From an uncultured Alphaproteobacteria bacterium (GTDB lineage Bacteria; Pseudomonadota; Alphaproteobacteria; CBDUZE01): a stretch of 64,000 nt of DNA. Positions 10,880 to 20,079 of the stretch are shown one piece after another. The notes below the pieces were generated by a model that saw only the letters and a list, made by a program, of their open reading frames with translations, made no database searches and was not told the origin of the DNA. The DNA lies in assembly GCA_965371625.1 (NCBI GenBank), contig CBDUZE010000021.1, positions 1,725 to 65,724 of the forward strand. Direction: 5' to 3'. The translations under genes were made by a program, and so were the position numbers. The stretch's first letter is position 1, and each line of letters begins with the position of its first letter.

Positions 10880-10946
10880 ATATATGGCTCATAATGTTAC
10901 CCAATGCAACTTCGTTCGGACATAATCGAACCGCGGACACGAAAAA

Positions 10947-11831
10947 ATGGAAACGAAAGCTTTCGACGACAGGGATGGCCTGATCTGGCTCAATGCCCAG
11001 ATGGTGCCGTGGCGCGAGGCCGGCGTCCACGTCCTCACCCACGGTTTGCATTACGCCAGCAGCGTGTTCGAGGGTGAGCGCGTGTACGACGGCGAGATCT
11101 TCCGCCTCACCGAGCATAGCGAGCGCCTGGCGCATTCGGCCCGGGTCATGGGCTTTGAATTACCCTATTCGGTGGCCGAAATCGACCAGGCGTGCCGCGA
11201 GATCGTCAGCGCCATGCGCATCGCCGATGGCTACGTCCGTCCGGTGGCCTGGCGCGGCAGCGAGATGATGGGGGTCTCGGCGCAGAAAAACCAGATCCAC
11301 CTGGCCATCGCGGCCTGGCCCTGGCCGGCCTACTTCTCGCCCGAGGCGCGGCTCAAGGGGATCCGGCTCCAGACCGCCACGTGGCGGCGCCCGGGCCCCG
11401 ACACCGCGCCCACCAACTCGAAGGCGGCCGGCCTCTACATGATCTGCACGCTCGCCAAGCACGCCGCCGAGGCCGCGGGCTTCGACGACGCGCTGATGCT
11501 CGACTATCGCGGCTACGTGGCCGAGGCCACCGGGGCCAACGTCTTCATCGCCCGCGACGGCGTGCTGCACACGCCGATCCCCGACTGCTTCCTCGACGGC
11601 ATCACCCGGCGCACGGTGATGGCGCTGGCCGCCGAGCGCGGCATCGAGGTGGTCGAGCGGGTGGTCCTGCCCGACGAGCTGAGGCACGCCGAGGAGGTCT
11701 TCCTCACCGGCACCGCGGTCGAGGTGACGCCGGTCTCCGGCATCGACGAGATGAGCTTCGAGGTCGGCGCCATCACGCGCGCCATGATGGACGACTACGA
11801 GCGCACCGTGCGGCGCCGCGCCGCGGCTTGA
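10947..11831 (+). CDS. ilvE: branched-chain amino acid aminotransferase
   Basis: The fold-type IV PLP enzyme pattern is present: GLHYASSVFEGERVY...AAGLYMICTLAKHAA...ATGANVF...GITR. Confidence 0.9.
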   Translation: METKAFDDRDGLIWLNAQMVPWREAGVHVLTHGLHYASSVFEGERVYDGEIFRLTEHSERLAHSARVMGFELPYSVAEIDQACREIVSAMRIADGYVRPVAWRGSEMMGVSAQKNQIHLAIAAWPWPAYFSPEARLKGIRLQTATWRRPGPDTAPTNSKAAGLYMICTLAKHAAEAAGFDDALMLDYRGYVAEATGANVFIARDGVLHTPIPDCFLDGITRRTVMALAAERGIEVVERVVLPDELRHAEEVFLTGTAVEVTPVSGIDEMSFEVGAITRAMMDDYERTVRRRAAA

Positions 11832-11921
11832 GCCGGCCGCCCTTTCCCCGCCTTTCCGGCGCCGCGCGGCGGCCGCCCTCGATGGTCGTCAGCGGCCGCG
11901 CTCAACCCGTCCGACCGTGGC

Positions 11922-12692
11922 TCAACGACCCCGCCGCCGCCACACCTCGCGTCCGTGCTTGAAACCGATTCCGAACGAATTGTGGGGCGAGGTGTAGGCC
12001 CACAGGTGGTAGTGATCCTTTGCGTCGACCAGGTGCTTTTCCGACGGATAGAGCTCGACCGCCTCGCAGTCGGGGCCGACGAGCTCGTTCTTGATGGCCT
12101 GGAAGTGCCGCCAGTTGTGGACCGGTTCGCGGTCCAACCGGCGGATGATGAGGTGGACGAAGCTCAAGTCGTCGCTGTACTCGACGTTGACCTGATAGAG
12201 ATTGTTCACCCACACCACGTGTCCCTCGAGCACGGTCACCCGTTGCCGGGCTTGCGCTTCCGAGCAGCCGTCGACGGTCATGACTTCCTGCCAGGTCGGG
12301 AGCTCCATGCGGGCGCGCCGAAACGGGGTCATGGGAGGATCCTCGGCCGCCGGCGCGGCGGGCGCGGAGTCGCTGTCGCCGATCCCCCCCTTCACCACCC
12401 GATCCGCGATCGCCTCGAGCCTTGCGCCGCCAACCAGGTGCACGTCGACGCCGGCGTACTTGGCCATCCTGCCCAGTGACGAGAGCGCGTCGAACTCGCG
12501 GCGGCTGTCGGCCCGCGCCGCATCGATGACGATGAGCGCCGGCTGTGGCGTGTTGGCGAGCCACTCGGCGATGAGCGGCACGCAATGCTCGAGTGCGACC
12601 CCGGGCTGGCGCTCGAAGACGGCACCTTCGGCGCCGGCGACGATGCGGCGCACACGGGCGCTCGCCTTCTTGCCCCGGTGCAGGATGATCAT
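11922..12692 (-). CDS. hypothetical two-domain protein; the C-terminal domain resembles a phage-associated family
   Basis: I chose the ATG at 12692 (MIILHRG), which is preceded by ggag. The C-terminal VHLIIRRLDREPVHNWRHFQAIKNELVGPDCEAVELYPSEKHLVDAKDHYHLW recalls the phage 'hLSIS..W..iK..E.yP..lV..yHLW' family. That match is from memory and not verified. Confidence 0.5.
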   Translation of the reverse strand: MIILHRGKKASARVRRIVAGAEGAVFERQPGVALEHCVPLIAEWLANTPQPALIVIDAARADSRREFDALSSLGRMAKYAGVDVHLVGGARLEAIADRVVKGGIGDSDSAPAAPAAEDPPMTPFRRARMELPTWQEVMTVDGCSEAQARQRVTVLEGHVVWVNNLYQVNVEYSDDLSFVHLIIRRLDREPVHNWRHFQAIKNELVGPDCEAVELYPSEKHLVDAKDHYHLWAYTSPHNSFGIGFKHGREVWRRRGR

Positions 12693-12844
12693 TTGCTCCG
12701 AGCCGCTTCCGCCACAGGGGGTCCGGTGGCGCACAGCTGACCCCGCGCCGGCCCCTTTCTCAAGACAAATTGGCGTGACGAAAAGTGTCGAAACGGGGGC
12801 TCAGCTTCACGTTTCCGTGTCCGGCCGTGCGCGCCGCGGCGCCC

Positions 12845-13216
12845 TCAACCGAACCCGAAGTGGCGACGGCATTCGGCTTCGCCGCCCTGCATCACGCGGC
12901 GGCCGATAAGCGCGCCCCGGGTCTCGGTGACCACGCCGTGCTGTCCCTCGCGGTGGTCGCCGTCGTAGAAGTGGATCACCACCCGATCGCGGCTGCGGCC
13001 GAGCTCGTGGGCGCGGTCGGTGTTCGAGTAGAGCGCCGTGACGTGCCACGCGCCGCGCCCGGCTGGGAACAAGTGCGCGGCGTCGAGGGTGCCGCTGAGC
13101 CGCTCGAGCTGGCTCCAGAGGCCGCTGCGCGCCACCTCGTGGATGGTGCCGGCGATGGTGTCGGCGACGCGCCGGTAGGTGCCGACGCGAAGCGGGTTGG
13201 CCTCGGGCTGGGCCAA
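12845..13216 (-). CDS. hypothetical protein with a PolX 8-kDa/helix-hairpin-helix-like N-terminus; the start is possibly lost
   Basis: ANPLRVGTYRRVADTI resembles the PolX N-terminal motif (NPFRVRAYRRAA). The in-frame upstream sequence LNQRVAEKLSQAAALL continues the similarity, but there is no ATG/GTG/TTG upstream of the TTG at 13216. Confidence 0.4.
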   Translation of the reverse strand: MAQPEANPLRVGTYRRVADTIAGTIHEVARSGLWSQLERLSGTLDAAHLFPAGRGAWHVTALYSNTDRAHELGRSRDRVVIHFYDGDHREGQHGVVTETRGALIGRRVMQGGEAECRRHFGFG

Positions 13217-13371
13217 CAGCGCCGCAGCCTGGCTCAGCTTCTCGGCAACCCGCTGGTTGAGGCCGCCGGGCGGCGCCCCGGACGCTCGCGATCGCTCGAC
13301 CGCCGGTGCTGGCTTCGACGCCTGGCGCGCCGTCGGACGATGGCCGCGCCGCCGGGCCGCCGAGAGGCGAG

Positions 13372-13824
13372 CTATCCCTTGGCCCAGCGCGCCGCCGCCG
13401 CGTCGTCGCTCATCCGGGCCTCGACCCAGGACTCGCCCGAGGCCTTGCTCTCGCGTTTCCAGAACGGCGCCCTGGTCTTGAGCCAGTCGACCAGGAACTG
13501 GCAGGCCTCGAAGGCCGCCTGGCGGTGGGCCGAGGCGGTGATGACGAGGACGATCTGATCGCCCGGCTCGAGGCGCCCGTGGCGGTGGATGACGAGGCAG
13601 TCCTTTAGCGGCCAGCGCTGCCGGGCCTCAGCCTCGATGCGCTCGAGCTCGCGCTCGGTCATGCCCGGATAATGCTCCAGCGTCATCGCCGAGACCCGGT
13701 CGGCGCCCGCGCCCTCACGCACCACGCCGATGAAGGAGACGATGCCGCCGACATCGTTTCGAGCCCCGGCGATGGCCTTGAGCTCGGCCGCCGCGTCGAA
13801 GTCCTCGGTCTGCACCCGGATCAT
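13372..13824 (-). CDS. moaE: molybdopterin synthase catalytic subunit
   Basis: MIRVQTEDFD...GGIVSFIGVVRE...LEHYPGMTE...VIHRHGRLEPGDQIVLV is the typical MoaE pattern. Its ATG overlaps the moaD stop (ATGA). Confidence 0.9.
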   Translation of the reverse strand: MIRVQTEDFDAAAELKAIAGARNDVGGIVSFIGVVREGAGADRVSAMTLEHYPGMTERELERIEAEARQRWPLKDCLVIHRHGRLEPGDQIVLVITASAHRQAAFEACQFLVDWLKTRAPFWKRESKASGESWVEARMSDDAAAARWAKG

Positions 13825-14081
13825 CGCCCGCGCCCTCCGGTCACCGGCGGGAACAGGGCGACCTCGTCGTCGGGCCCGAGCGGCGTGTCGAGCGGCGCGT
13901 ACTCCTGGTTCACCGCGGCCCGCACCACCGAGAGGTTGGCGAGGGCCTCGGCGTGCCCCGGGCTCCGGCTCTTGAGCCACTCGATCAACGCCGCCACGTC
14001 GCCGACCTCGGGCGGCGGCTCGACGGTCTCCTCGCCGATCCCGGTCTTCGACTTCAGCCAGGCGAAGTAGAGGACCTTCAT
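13821..14081 (-). CDS. moaD: molybdopterin synthase sulfur-carrier subunit
   Basis: MKVLYFAWLKSKTG...VAVNQEY...DDEVALFPPVTGG is the ThiS/MoaD pattern. The reading frame continues RGR past the GG. Confidence 0.85.
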   Translation of the reverse strand: MKVLYFAWLKSKTGIGEETVEPPPEVGDVAALIEWLKSRSPGHAEALANLSVVRAAVNQEYAPLDTPLGPDDEVALFPPVTGGRGR

Positions 14082-15334
14082 CAGCTCACCTCGCTGAAGG
14101 GCAGGAAGTCGACCATGGTCCCGAAGCTGAGCCGGGTCATCTCCTCGGGCAGCTCCACCAGCCCGTCCGACTCGACCAGGGAGCTCAGGATACCGGCCCC
14201 CTGGCGCTCGAACTTGCGGGCCACGAGCGCCCCGTCGCCGCCGGTCTCGAGTCGCGCGCGCAGCCATTCGCGGCGGTTGGCCTTCTTGGAGTGGCTGAAC
14301 TCGGCGCGCACCCGGTACAGCACCGGGTCGACCTGGGTGCAGCCGCCGAGGCGCAGGATCAGCGGGCGCGCGAAGCGCAGGAAGGTGACCATGGCGGCGA
14401 CCGGATTGCCGGGCAAGCCCACGAACGGCACCGCCTTGACCTGGCCCAGGGCGATGGGCCGCCCCGGCTTTATGGCGAGGCGCCAGAGGTAGAGCGAGCC
14501 CAGGGCCTCGACCGCCGTCTTGATGTGGTCCTCCTCGCCCACCGAGACGCCGCCCGAGGTGATCAGCAGGTCGTGGTCATCGGCCGCCGTTTCGAGCGCC
14601 GCGCGCACCGCGTCGGCCTCGTCGGGCAGGATGCCGAGGTCGGTGACCGGGCCGGCGAGCGATCGCAAGAGACTCATGAGCAGGTAGCGGTTGGCGTCGT
14701 AGATGGCGCCCGGGGGCAGTGGCTCGCCGGGCTCGCGCACCTCGTCGCCGGTCGAGAACACGGCCACGCGAAGGCGGCGGTGGACCACGAGATCGGTGCG
14801 CCCGACCGAGGCCGCGAGGCCCACGTCCTGGGGTCTGAGGCGGTGGCCCCGGCCCAGGACAGTGGCGCCAGCGGCCACATCCTCGCCGGCGTGCCGCCGG
14901 TTGGCGCCGCGCTTGAGCCCGGGCGGCAGGACCACGACCTCGCCGTCCTCGCTCACGTCCTCTTGCATGAAGACGGTATCCGCGCCCTCGGGCATTACCG
15001 CGCCGGTGAAGATGCGCACCGCCTCGGCGGCTCCCAGCGGGCGTCCCAGAGGGTGTCCGGCGGCGGTGCGGCCGAGCACCGCGAGCCGGGTCTCGGCCTC
15101 CGCGTCGAGGTCGTCGAAGCGCACCGCGTAGCCGTCGACCGCCGAGTTGTCGTGGGGCGGCACGCTCACCTCGGCCACCACGTCCTCGGCGAGCACCCGA
15201 TCGAGGGCCGCGCCGAGAGCGACGCGCTCGATCTCGGTGACCGGCGAGACCCGCTCGGCGAGGAGCTCGAGCGCCGCGCTGGTGGTCAGCAGGTCGCCGC
15301 CGAAGGCGAAGCAGTCGTCGCTGAGCTGGGTCAT
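14081..15334 (-). CDS. moeA: molybdopterin molybdotransferase
   Basis: Conserved MoeA motifs are present: PPHDNSAVDGYAV, STGDEV, ITSGGVSVGEEDH and LPGNPVAA. Confidence 0.9.
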   Translation of the reverse strand: MTQLSDDCFAFGGDLLTTSAALELLAERVSPVTEIERVALGAALDRVLAEDVVAEVSVPPHDNSAVDGYAVRFDDLDAEAETRLAVLGRTAAGHPLGRPLGAAEAVRIFTGAVMPEGADTVFMQEDVSEDGEVVVLPPGLKRGANRRHAGEDVAAGATVLGRGHRLRPQDVGLAASVGRTDLVVHRRLRVAVFSTGDEVREPGEPLPPGAIYDANRYLLMSLLRSLAGPVTDLGILPDEADAVRAALETAADDHDLLITSGGVSVGEEDHIKTAVEALGSLYLWRLAIKPGRPIALGQVKAVPFVGLPGNPVAAMVTFLRFARPLILRLGGCTQVDPVLYRVRAEFSHSKKANRREWLRARLETGGDGALVARKFERQGAGILSSLVESDGLVELPEEMTRLSFGTMVDFLPFSEVS

Positions 15335-15855
15335 GCCGCGCCCTTCTCGCGGCCGGCGCCGGCGAGACCGCAGTGGTCGATGATGAAGTCGGTTATGGCG
15401 CCGACGTCGTCGAGGTCGAGCACCGGCACGTCGAGGTCGGGGAGCGGCACGTCGGAGGCCACCGCCACGACGCGCGCATCGGCGCTCGCCAGGAGCGGCT
15501 TGGTCGTGGCGCCGCGGTGGACCTCGATCTTGTCGTGGCCGAGGCGCTTGAAGCCCTCGATGAGCAGAAGGTCGACCGTCGCCATGCGCGAGATCAGCTC
15601 CTCGAGCGTGGGCTCGGGTGCGTCCTTGAGCTCATGCAGCAGCGCCCAGCGCTTGGCCGAGGTGACCACCACCTCGTGGGCGCCGGCCGCCCGGTGCTCG
15701 TAGGAGTCCTTGCCGGGCTTGTCGATGTCGAAGTCGTGGTGGGCATGCTTGATCGTCGACACCGCCAGGCCCCGCGCCGTGAGGTCGCGCAGCAGCCGCA
15801 CCATCAGCGTCGTCTTGCCGCTGCCGCTCCAGCCCGCCAGGCCGAACACCCTCAT
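15331..15855 (-). CDS. mobB: molybdopterin-guanine dinucleotide biosynthesis adapter protein
   Basis: It starts MRVFGLAGWSGSGKTTL (P-loop) and contains LLLIEGFK. The ATG at 15855 was chosen as start. There is an ATGA overlap with moeA. Confidence 0.85.
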   Translation of the reverse strand: MRVFGLAGWSGSGKTTLMVRLLRDLTARGLAVSTIKHAHHDFDIDKPGKDSYEHRAAGAHEVVVTSAKRWALLHELKDAPEPTLEELISRMATVDLLLIEGFKRLGHDKIEVHRGATTKPLLASADARVVAVASDVPLPDLDVPVLDLDDVGAITDFIIDHCGLAGAGREKGAA

Positions 15856-15920
15856 GCTGCTGCTCGGGCCGCGGGCCGGCGCGTAACTCTCTCCCCTGGC
15901 GTCCACCAGACCGCCGCCCT

Positions 15921-16541
15921 CTAGCCGGCCCGGGTGCTCGCTCTGGGCCCCTTGAGCTCGGGCCTGGCGCTGCGCTTCACCGGCGCTTCGCCGGTTACGA
16001 AGCGAAGCCCCGCACGCAGGTAATCGTAACCGGTATAGATCGTGAGCACCGCCGCGACCCACAGGCCCAAGGCGCCGATCAGTGTTATCGGCACCTGGTG
16101 CCAGCCGGCGTCGCCGACAATGAGAAAGCCGATGGCCACCATCTGCAGGCCGGTCTTCCACTTGGCGAGCCGGCTCACCGGCACGCTCACCCGAATCGCG
16201 GCGAGGAACTCCCTGAGCCCCGAGACCAGGATCTCGCGGCACAGGATGATCACGGTCGGCAGCACGGTCCAGTCGGCGATGCGATCGAAGGCGACCAGCA
16301 TCAGGAGCGTCGAGGCCACCAGAAGCTTGTCGGCGATGGGGTCGAGGAATCGCCCCAGGGGCGAAACCTGGTCGCGGCTGCGGGCGAAGTAGCCATCGAG
16401 CCAGTCGGTGATGCCGGCGCCCACGAAGAGCACGAGGGCGACCCAGTTGCCAAGTTCGCCCGGCAGATAGAAGGCCCCGATCAGAGCCGGAATGACGCCG
16501 ATTCGAGACAGGGTCAGCAGGTTCGGCAGGCTGGTGATCAT
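15921..16541 (-). CDS. pgsA: CDP-diacylglycerol--glycerol-3-phosphate 3-phosphatidyltransferase
   Basis: It has the CDP-alcohol phosphatidyltransferase motif (DWLDGYFAR...LGRFLDPIADK) and several TM segments. Confidence 0.9.
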   Translation of the reverse strand: MITSLPNLLTLSRIGVIPALIGAFYLPGELGNWVALVLFVGAGITDWLDGYFARSRDQVSPLGRFLDPIADKLLVASTLLMLVAFDRIADWTVLPTVIILCREILVSGLREFLAAIRVSVPVSRLAKWKTGLQMVAIGFLIVGDAGWHQVPITLIGALGLWVAAVLTIYTGYDYLRAGLRFVTGEAPVKRSARPELKGPRASTRAG

Positions 16542-16583
16542 ATGCCGTCGGGTTGGTCCGGCGCGGGGGCCACTATACCATCT

Positions 16584-18491
16584 TCATCGATCGCCGTGAA
16601 AATGATCGTAAATCGCCTTGGCGAGGGTCCGCGAAATGCCGTTCACGCGCTCGAGGTCGGCGAGCCCGGCGCGAGCCACCGCACGAGGCGAACCGAAGTG
16701 GTGCAAAAGCGCCCGCTTGCGGCGCGCGCCCACGCCGGCGATCTGGTCGAGCATCGACTGGCCGATGCGGGCCGAGCGCTTGGCCCGATGCGAGCCGATG
16801 GCGAAGCGGTGAGCCTCGTCGCGTAGCCTTTGCAGGAAGTAGAGCACCGGGTCGCGTTGGTCCAGGATAAGGGCCGCTCGGCCGGGCACGTGGATGCGCT
16901 CGCGGCCGGCATTGCGGTCCGGCCCCTTGGCAATGGCGGCGATGGCAACGCCGGTGAGGCCGAGCTCCTCGAACACGCCGAGCCCGGCGCTCAAGTGCCC
17001 GGCGCCGCCGTCGATCACCACCAGATCCGGCCATTGGCCCTTGTCGCGCGCCTCGTCCTCGCGCAAGAGCCGCGTGAAGCGGCGGCCAAGCACCTCGCGC
17101 ATCATGGCGTAGTCGTCGCCGGGGGCCAGGTCCTCGCGCTTGATGTTGAACTTGCGGTAGGCATTCTTGGCCAGGCCCTCGGGCCCGGCCACGATCATGC
17201 TGCCCACCGCTTGGGCGCCCGAGATGTGGCTGTTGTCGTAGACCTCGATGCGCTCGGGCGGCGCCTCGAGCTTGAGCAGCTTGGCGAGTGCGACAAGCAG
17301 GCGGCGCTGGGTGGCGCTCTCGGCAAGGCGGCGGGCGAGGGCCTCGCGGGCGTTCGCCGCGGCGTGCTCAACCAGCGCCCGCTTGGTGCCGCGCACCGGC
17401 GTCACCACCCGCACCCGGCGCCCGGCGCGAAGCCCGAGGGCCTCGGCGATGAGCGCCTGGCCGTCGACGCGGTGGCTCAACAGCACCAGCTTGGGCGGCG
17501 GCTTGTTGTCGTAGAACTGGACCAGGAAGGCCTCCAGAACCTCGGCGGCGCCGAGGTGCCTGGCATGGCCTGGGAAGTACGAGCGGTTGCCGTAGTTGTG
17601 GCCGGCGCGGAAGAAGAAGACCTGGACGCAGGTCTCGCCGGCCTCGGTCGAGGCGGCGACGACATCGGCCTCGTCGAGGGCGGCAACGTTGATGTCCTGG
17701 TGGGCCTGAATCTGGGTGAGGGCGCGGATGCGGTCGCGGTAGATGGCGGCGGTCTCGAAATCGAGCGCCGCGCTCGCCGCCTGCATCTTCTCGCCGAGCC
17801 GCTCCTGAACCTGCCAGTTCTTTCCCGAGAGGAAGTCGCGCGCCTCGCGCACCATGACCTCGTAATCGGCGGTCGCGATGCGGTCGACGCAGGGCGCCGT
17901 GCAGCGCTTGATCTGGTACTGCAGGCAAGGCCGGGTCCGGTTTTCGAGCACGTTGTCCGAGCACGAGCGCAGCGGAAAGGCGCGCTGCAGCGCCGCCAGC
18001 GTCCGGTTGACGGCGCCGGCCGAAGCGAAGGGCCCGAAGTACTCGCCCTTGGCCTTGCGCGCGCCGCGGTGCTTGGTGATCTGCGGCCAGGCGTGGTCGC
18101 CGGTGATCAGGATGTAGGGGAAGGACTTGTCGTCGCGCAGGATGACGTTGAAGCGGGGCTTCAGCTTCTTGATCAGGTTGGCCTCGAGCAGCAGGGCCTC
18201 GACCTCGGTGTGGGTGGTGACGATCTCGAGCGCCGCGGTACCGTCCACCATGCGGGCGATGCGCACCGATTGACGCAACGGGTTGACGTAGCTCGCCACC
18301 CGCTTCCTCAGGTTCTTGGCCTTGCCGACGTAAAGGGCCGCGCCTTGCCCGTCCAACATGCGGTAGACCCCCGGGCTCGAGGGCAGGGTCCTGAGCTGGG
18401 CGCGGATCAAGGCGCGCCCGGAGGGCCTCTCGGTCGGGGACGACGCCAGGCCTGCGGAGGCCGTGCCGGGGCCGTCGTTCGAGTCCGCCAT
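16584..18491 (-). CDS. uvrC: excinuclease ABC subunit C
   Basis: It has a GIY-YIG N-terminus (PGVYRMLD...[13 protein letters not shown]), a UvrBC-interaction region, an Endo V-like domain and a C-terminal (HhH)2. Confidence 0.95.
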   Translation of the reverse strand: MADSNDGPGTASAGLASSPTERPSGRALIRAQLRTLPSSPGVYRMLDGQGAALYVGKAKNLRKRVASYVNPLRQSVRIARMVDGTAALEIVTTHTEVEALLLEANLIKKLKPRFNVILRDDKSFPYILITGDHAWPQITKHRGARKAKGEYFGPFASAGAVNRTLAALQRAFPLRSCSDNVLENRTRPCLQYQIKRCTAPCVDRIATADYEVMVREARDFLSGKNWQVQERLGEKMQAASAALDFETAAIYRDRIRALTQIQAHQDINVAALDEADVVAASTEAGETCVQVFFFRAGHNYGNRSYFPGHARHLGAAEVLEAFLVQFYDNKPPPKLVLLSHRVDGQALIAEALGLRAGRRVRVVTPVRGTKRALVEHAAANAREALARRLAESATQRRLLVALAKLLKLEAPPERIEVYDNSHISGAQAVGSMIVAGPEGLAKNAYRKFNIKREDLAPGDDYAMMREVLGRRFTRLLREDEARDKGQWPDLVVIDGGAGHLSAGLGVFEELGLTGVAIAAIAKGPDRNAGRERIHVPGRAALILDQRDPVLYFLQRLRDEAHRFAIGSHRAKRSARIGQSMLDQIAGVGARRKRALLHHFGSPRAVARAGLADLERVNGISRTLAKAIYDHFHGDR

Positions 18492-18855
18492 GGCTCACAT
18501 TTTGACCGCCTCGAGGGCGCCGTCAATGGCCCGCCGACAAGGTGGCCGCGGCACTCCCAGGGGGGCTCGGCCGATATCCACCAAAGCTGTGGACAAGGGT
18601 GTGCGTAAGTAGCCCCCGCCGGCGCATCCGGCCCATATTGCTTGAGGTTTCACGTCGCTGCACAAAATTTAGGCAAATCCTATAACTCTTTGATTTATAT
18701 TATAAAATACAATGTCAAGCGATTTTCTCAATGAGTGGCGCGCCATGTTCTCTCGATTCGGCCGGTGATCGCCGCGCGCTTCGCCCGCTGTGCACAATTT
18801 TGCCTTAACGGGGGCTCGCCGTGGGCCGCTCCAAACCCCTGACCCCGTTGGCTTT

Positions 18856-19263
18856 TCAGCTCCGGACGCGCTCGATTTCGATGCCGGCGCTGGCGGCCTC
18901 GGCGATCGCCTCCAGCTTCTCCACCCGCACCCGCACCCTGGCCACCCGGTGATCGGCGAGGCAGCGCTCGGCGATGCGTTCGGCCAGGGTCTCGACCAGG
19001 CCGACGCGGCCGGCGGCGATGATCGCCTTCACGCCGGCCACCAGGTCGCCGTAGCAGACCACGCTCTCGAGCTCATCGTCTCTGGGCCCGTCGCCCTCGT
19101 GCACCGCGAGGTCGATGTTGATGCGCACGGGCTGGCGTCGGTTCTGCTCGCGCGCGTGGACGCCGATCTCGGCCTCGAGCTCGAGGTCGCGGACGAAGAC
19201 GTGACGAAGCGCGCGCTCGGCGTCGGCGTAGGCGTCTTTGTCGCGGGCCGGGGATGAGTTCAT
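18856..19263 (-). CDS. folB: dihydroneopterin aldolase
   Basis: VFVRDLELEAEIGVHAREQ...VRINIDL...VVCYGDL...LVETLAERIAE matches FolB. The start was set at the ATG at 19263. Confidence 0.8.
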   Translation of the reverse strand: MNSSPARDKDAYADAERALRHVFVRDLELEAEIGVHAREQNRRQPVRINIDLAVHEGDGPRDDELESVVCYGDLVAGVKAIIAAGRVGLVETLAERIAERCLADHRVARVRVRVEKLEAIAEAASAGIEIERVRS

Positions 19264-19301
19264 GCTCGAGCTATCGTCTGCCGGGGGGCGCCGAGACGCC
19301 G

Positions 19302-20072
19302 TCACTCCGGCTCGGGATGGTAGCCCGCCGTGGGCGCCCAATCCAGGTGCTGCCCGCCGTCGAGCGCGATCATCTGGCCGGTCATGGACCGCGCCCCCAG
19401 GATGAAGGCCACCGCCTCGCAGATCTCCTCGGGCGTGGTGCCGCGACCCAACGGGGTGGCGGCGCATTGTCGTGCGAACTGGGCCTCGGTTTGGCGCTCG
19501 CTCGGCAGCGTCGGCCCGGGCCCGATGGCGTTGACCCGGATGGCCGGCGCCAGCGCCAGCGCCAAGCTCCGGGTCAGCGTCCAGAGGCCCGATTTCGAGA
19601 GCGTGTAGCTGGTGAAGTAAGGGGTCAGGTTCCAGACCCGCTGGTCCAAGAGGTTGATCACGTTGCCCTCCGCCTCGTCGCCGAGGGCGGCCGCGAAGTC
19701 CTGGATCAGGACGAAGGGCGCGCGCAGGTTGACGTCGAGGTGCCGGTCCCAGGACTCCCGGGTCACCGTGGTCACCGCGTCGGCCTGGAACGCTGCGGCG
19801 TTGTTGACCAACAGGCTGAGCGGGCCCAGGGCTTGGGTGGCGCGGGCGACGAGACCGTGGGCCTCAGCCTCGGACGCCAGATCGGCGGCGAGCGCCACCG
19901 CGGTCGAGCCGGCGGCGGCGATCTCGCCGGCCACCTTCTCGGCGGCCTCGCCCGAGGCGTGGTAATGCACCGCCACGGCCCAGCCGCGCCGGCCCAAATC
20001 GAGGGCGATGGCACGGCCGATGCGGGTGGCGCCGCCGGTGACCAACGCGGCTCGCGGGGGGGCGGCGCTCAC
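19302..20072 (-). CDS. SDR family oxidoreductase (pteridine-reductase-like context next to folB)
   Basis: It has the TGGATRIG Rossmann motif, NNAA, and a YTLSK catalytic Y-x3-K. I prefer the GTG at 20072: it gives a typical short N-terminus and sits 7 nt after the antiporter stop. The ORF maximum extends to 20114. Confidence 0.8.
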   Translation of the reverse strand: MSAAPPRAALVTGGATRIGRAIALDLGRRGWAVAVHYHASGEAAEKVAGEIAAAGSTAVALAADLASEAEAHGLVARATQALGPLSLLVNNAAAFQADAVTTVTRESWDRHLDVNLRAPFVLIQDFAAALGDEAEGNVINLLDQRVWNLTPYFTSYTLSKSGLWTLTRSLALALAPAIRVNAIGPGPTLPSERQTEAQFARQCAATPLGRGTTPEEICEAVAFILGARSMTGQMIALDGGQHLDWAPTAGYHPEPE

Positions 20073-20079
20073 CAGGCCC

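Noticed and set aside
18735-18760. An alphaproteobacterial LexA box (GTTC-N7-GTTC) upstream of uvrC, with the same considered upstream of uvrB (26033-26081).
   Set aside because: Only one GTTC, followed by a non-matching second half-site (gttctctcgattc), is present. Nothing similar lies upstream of uvrB.
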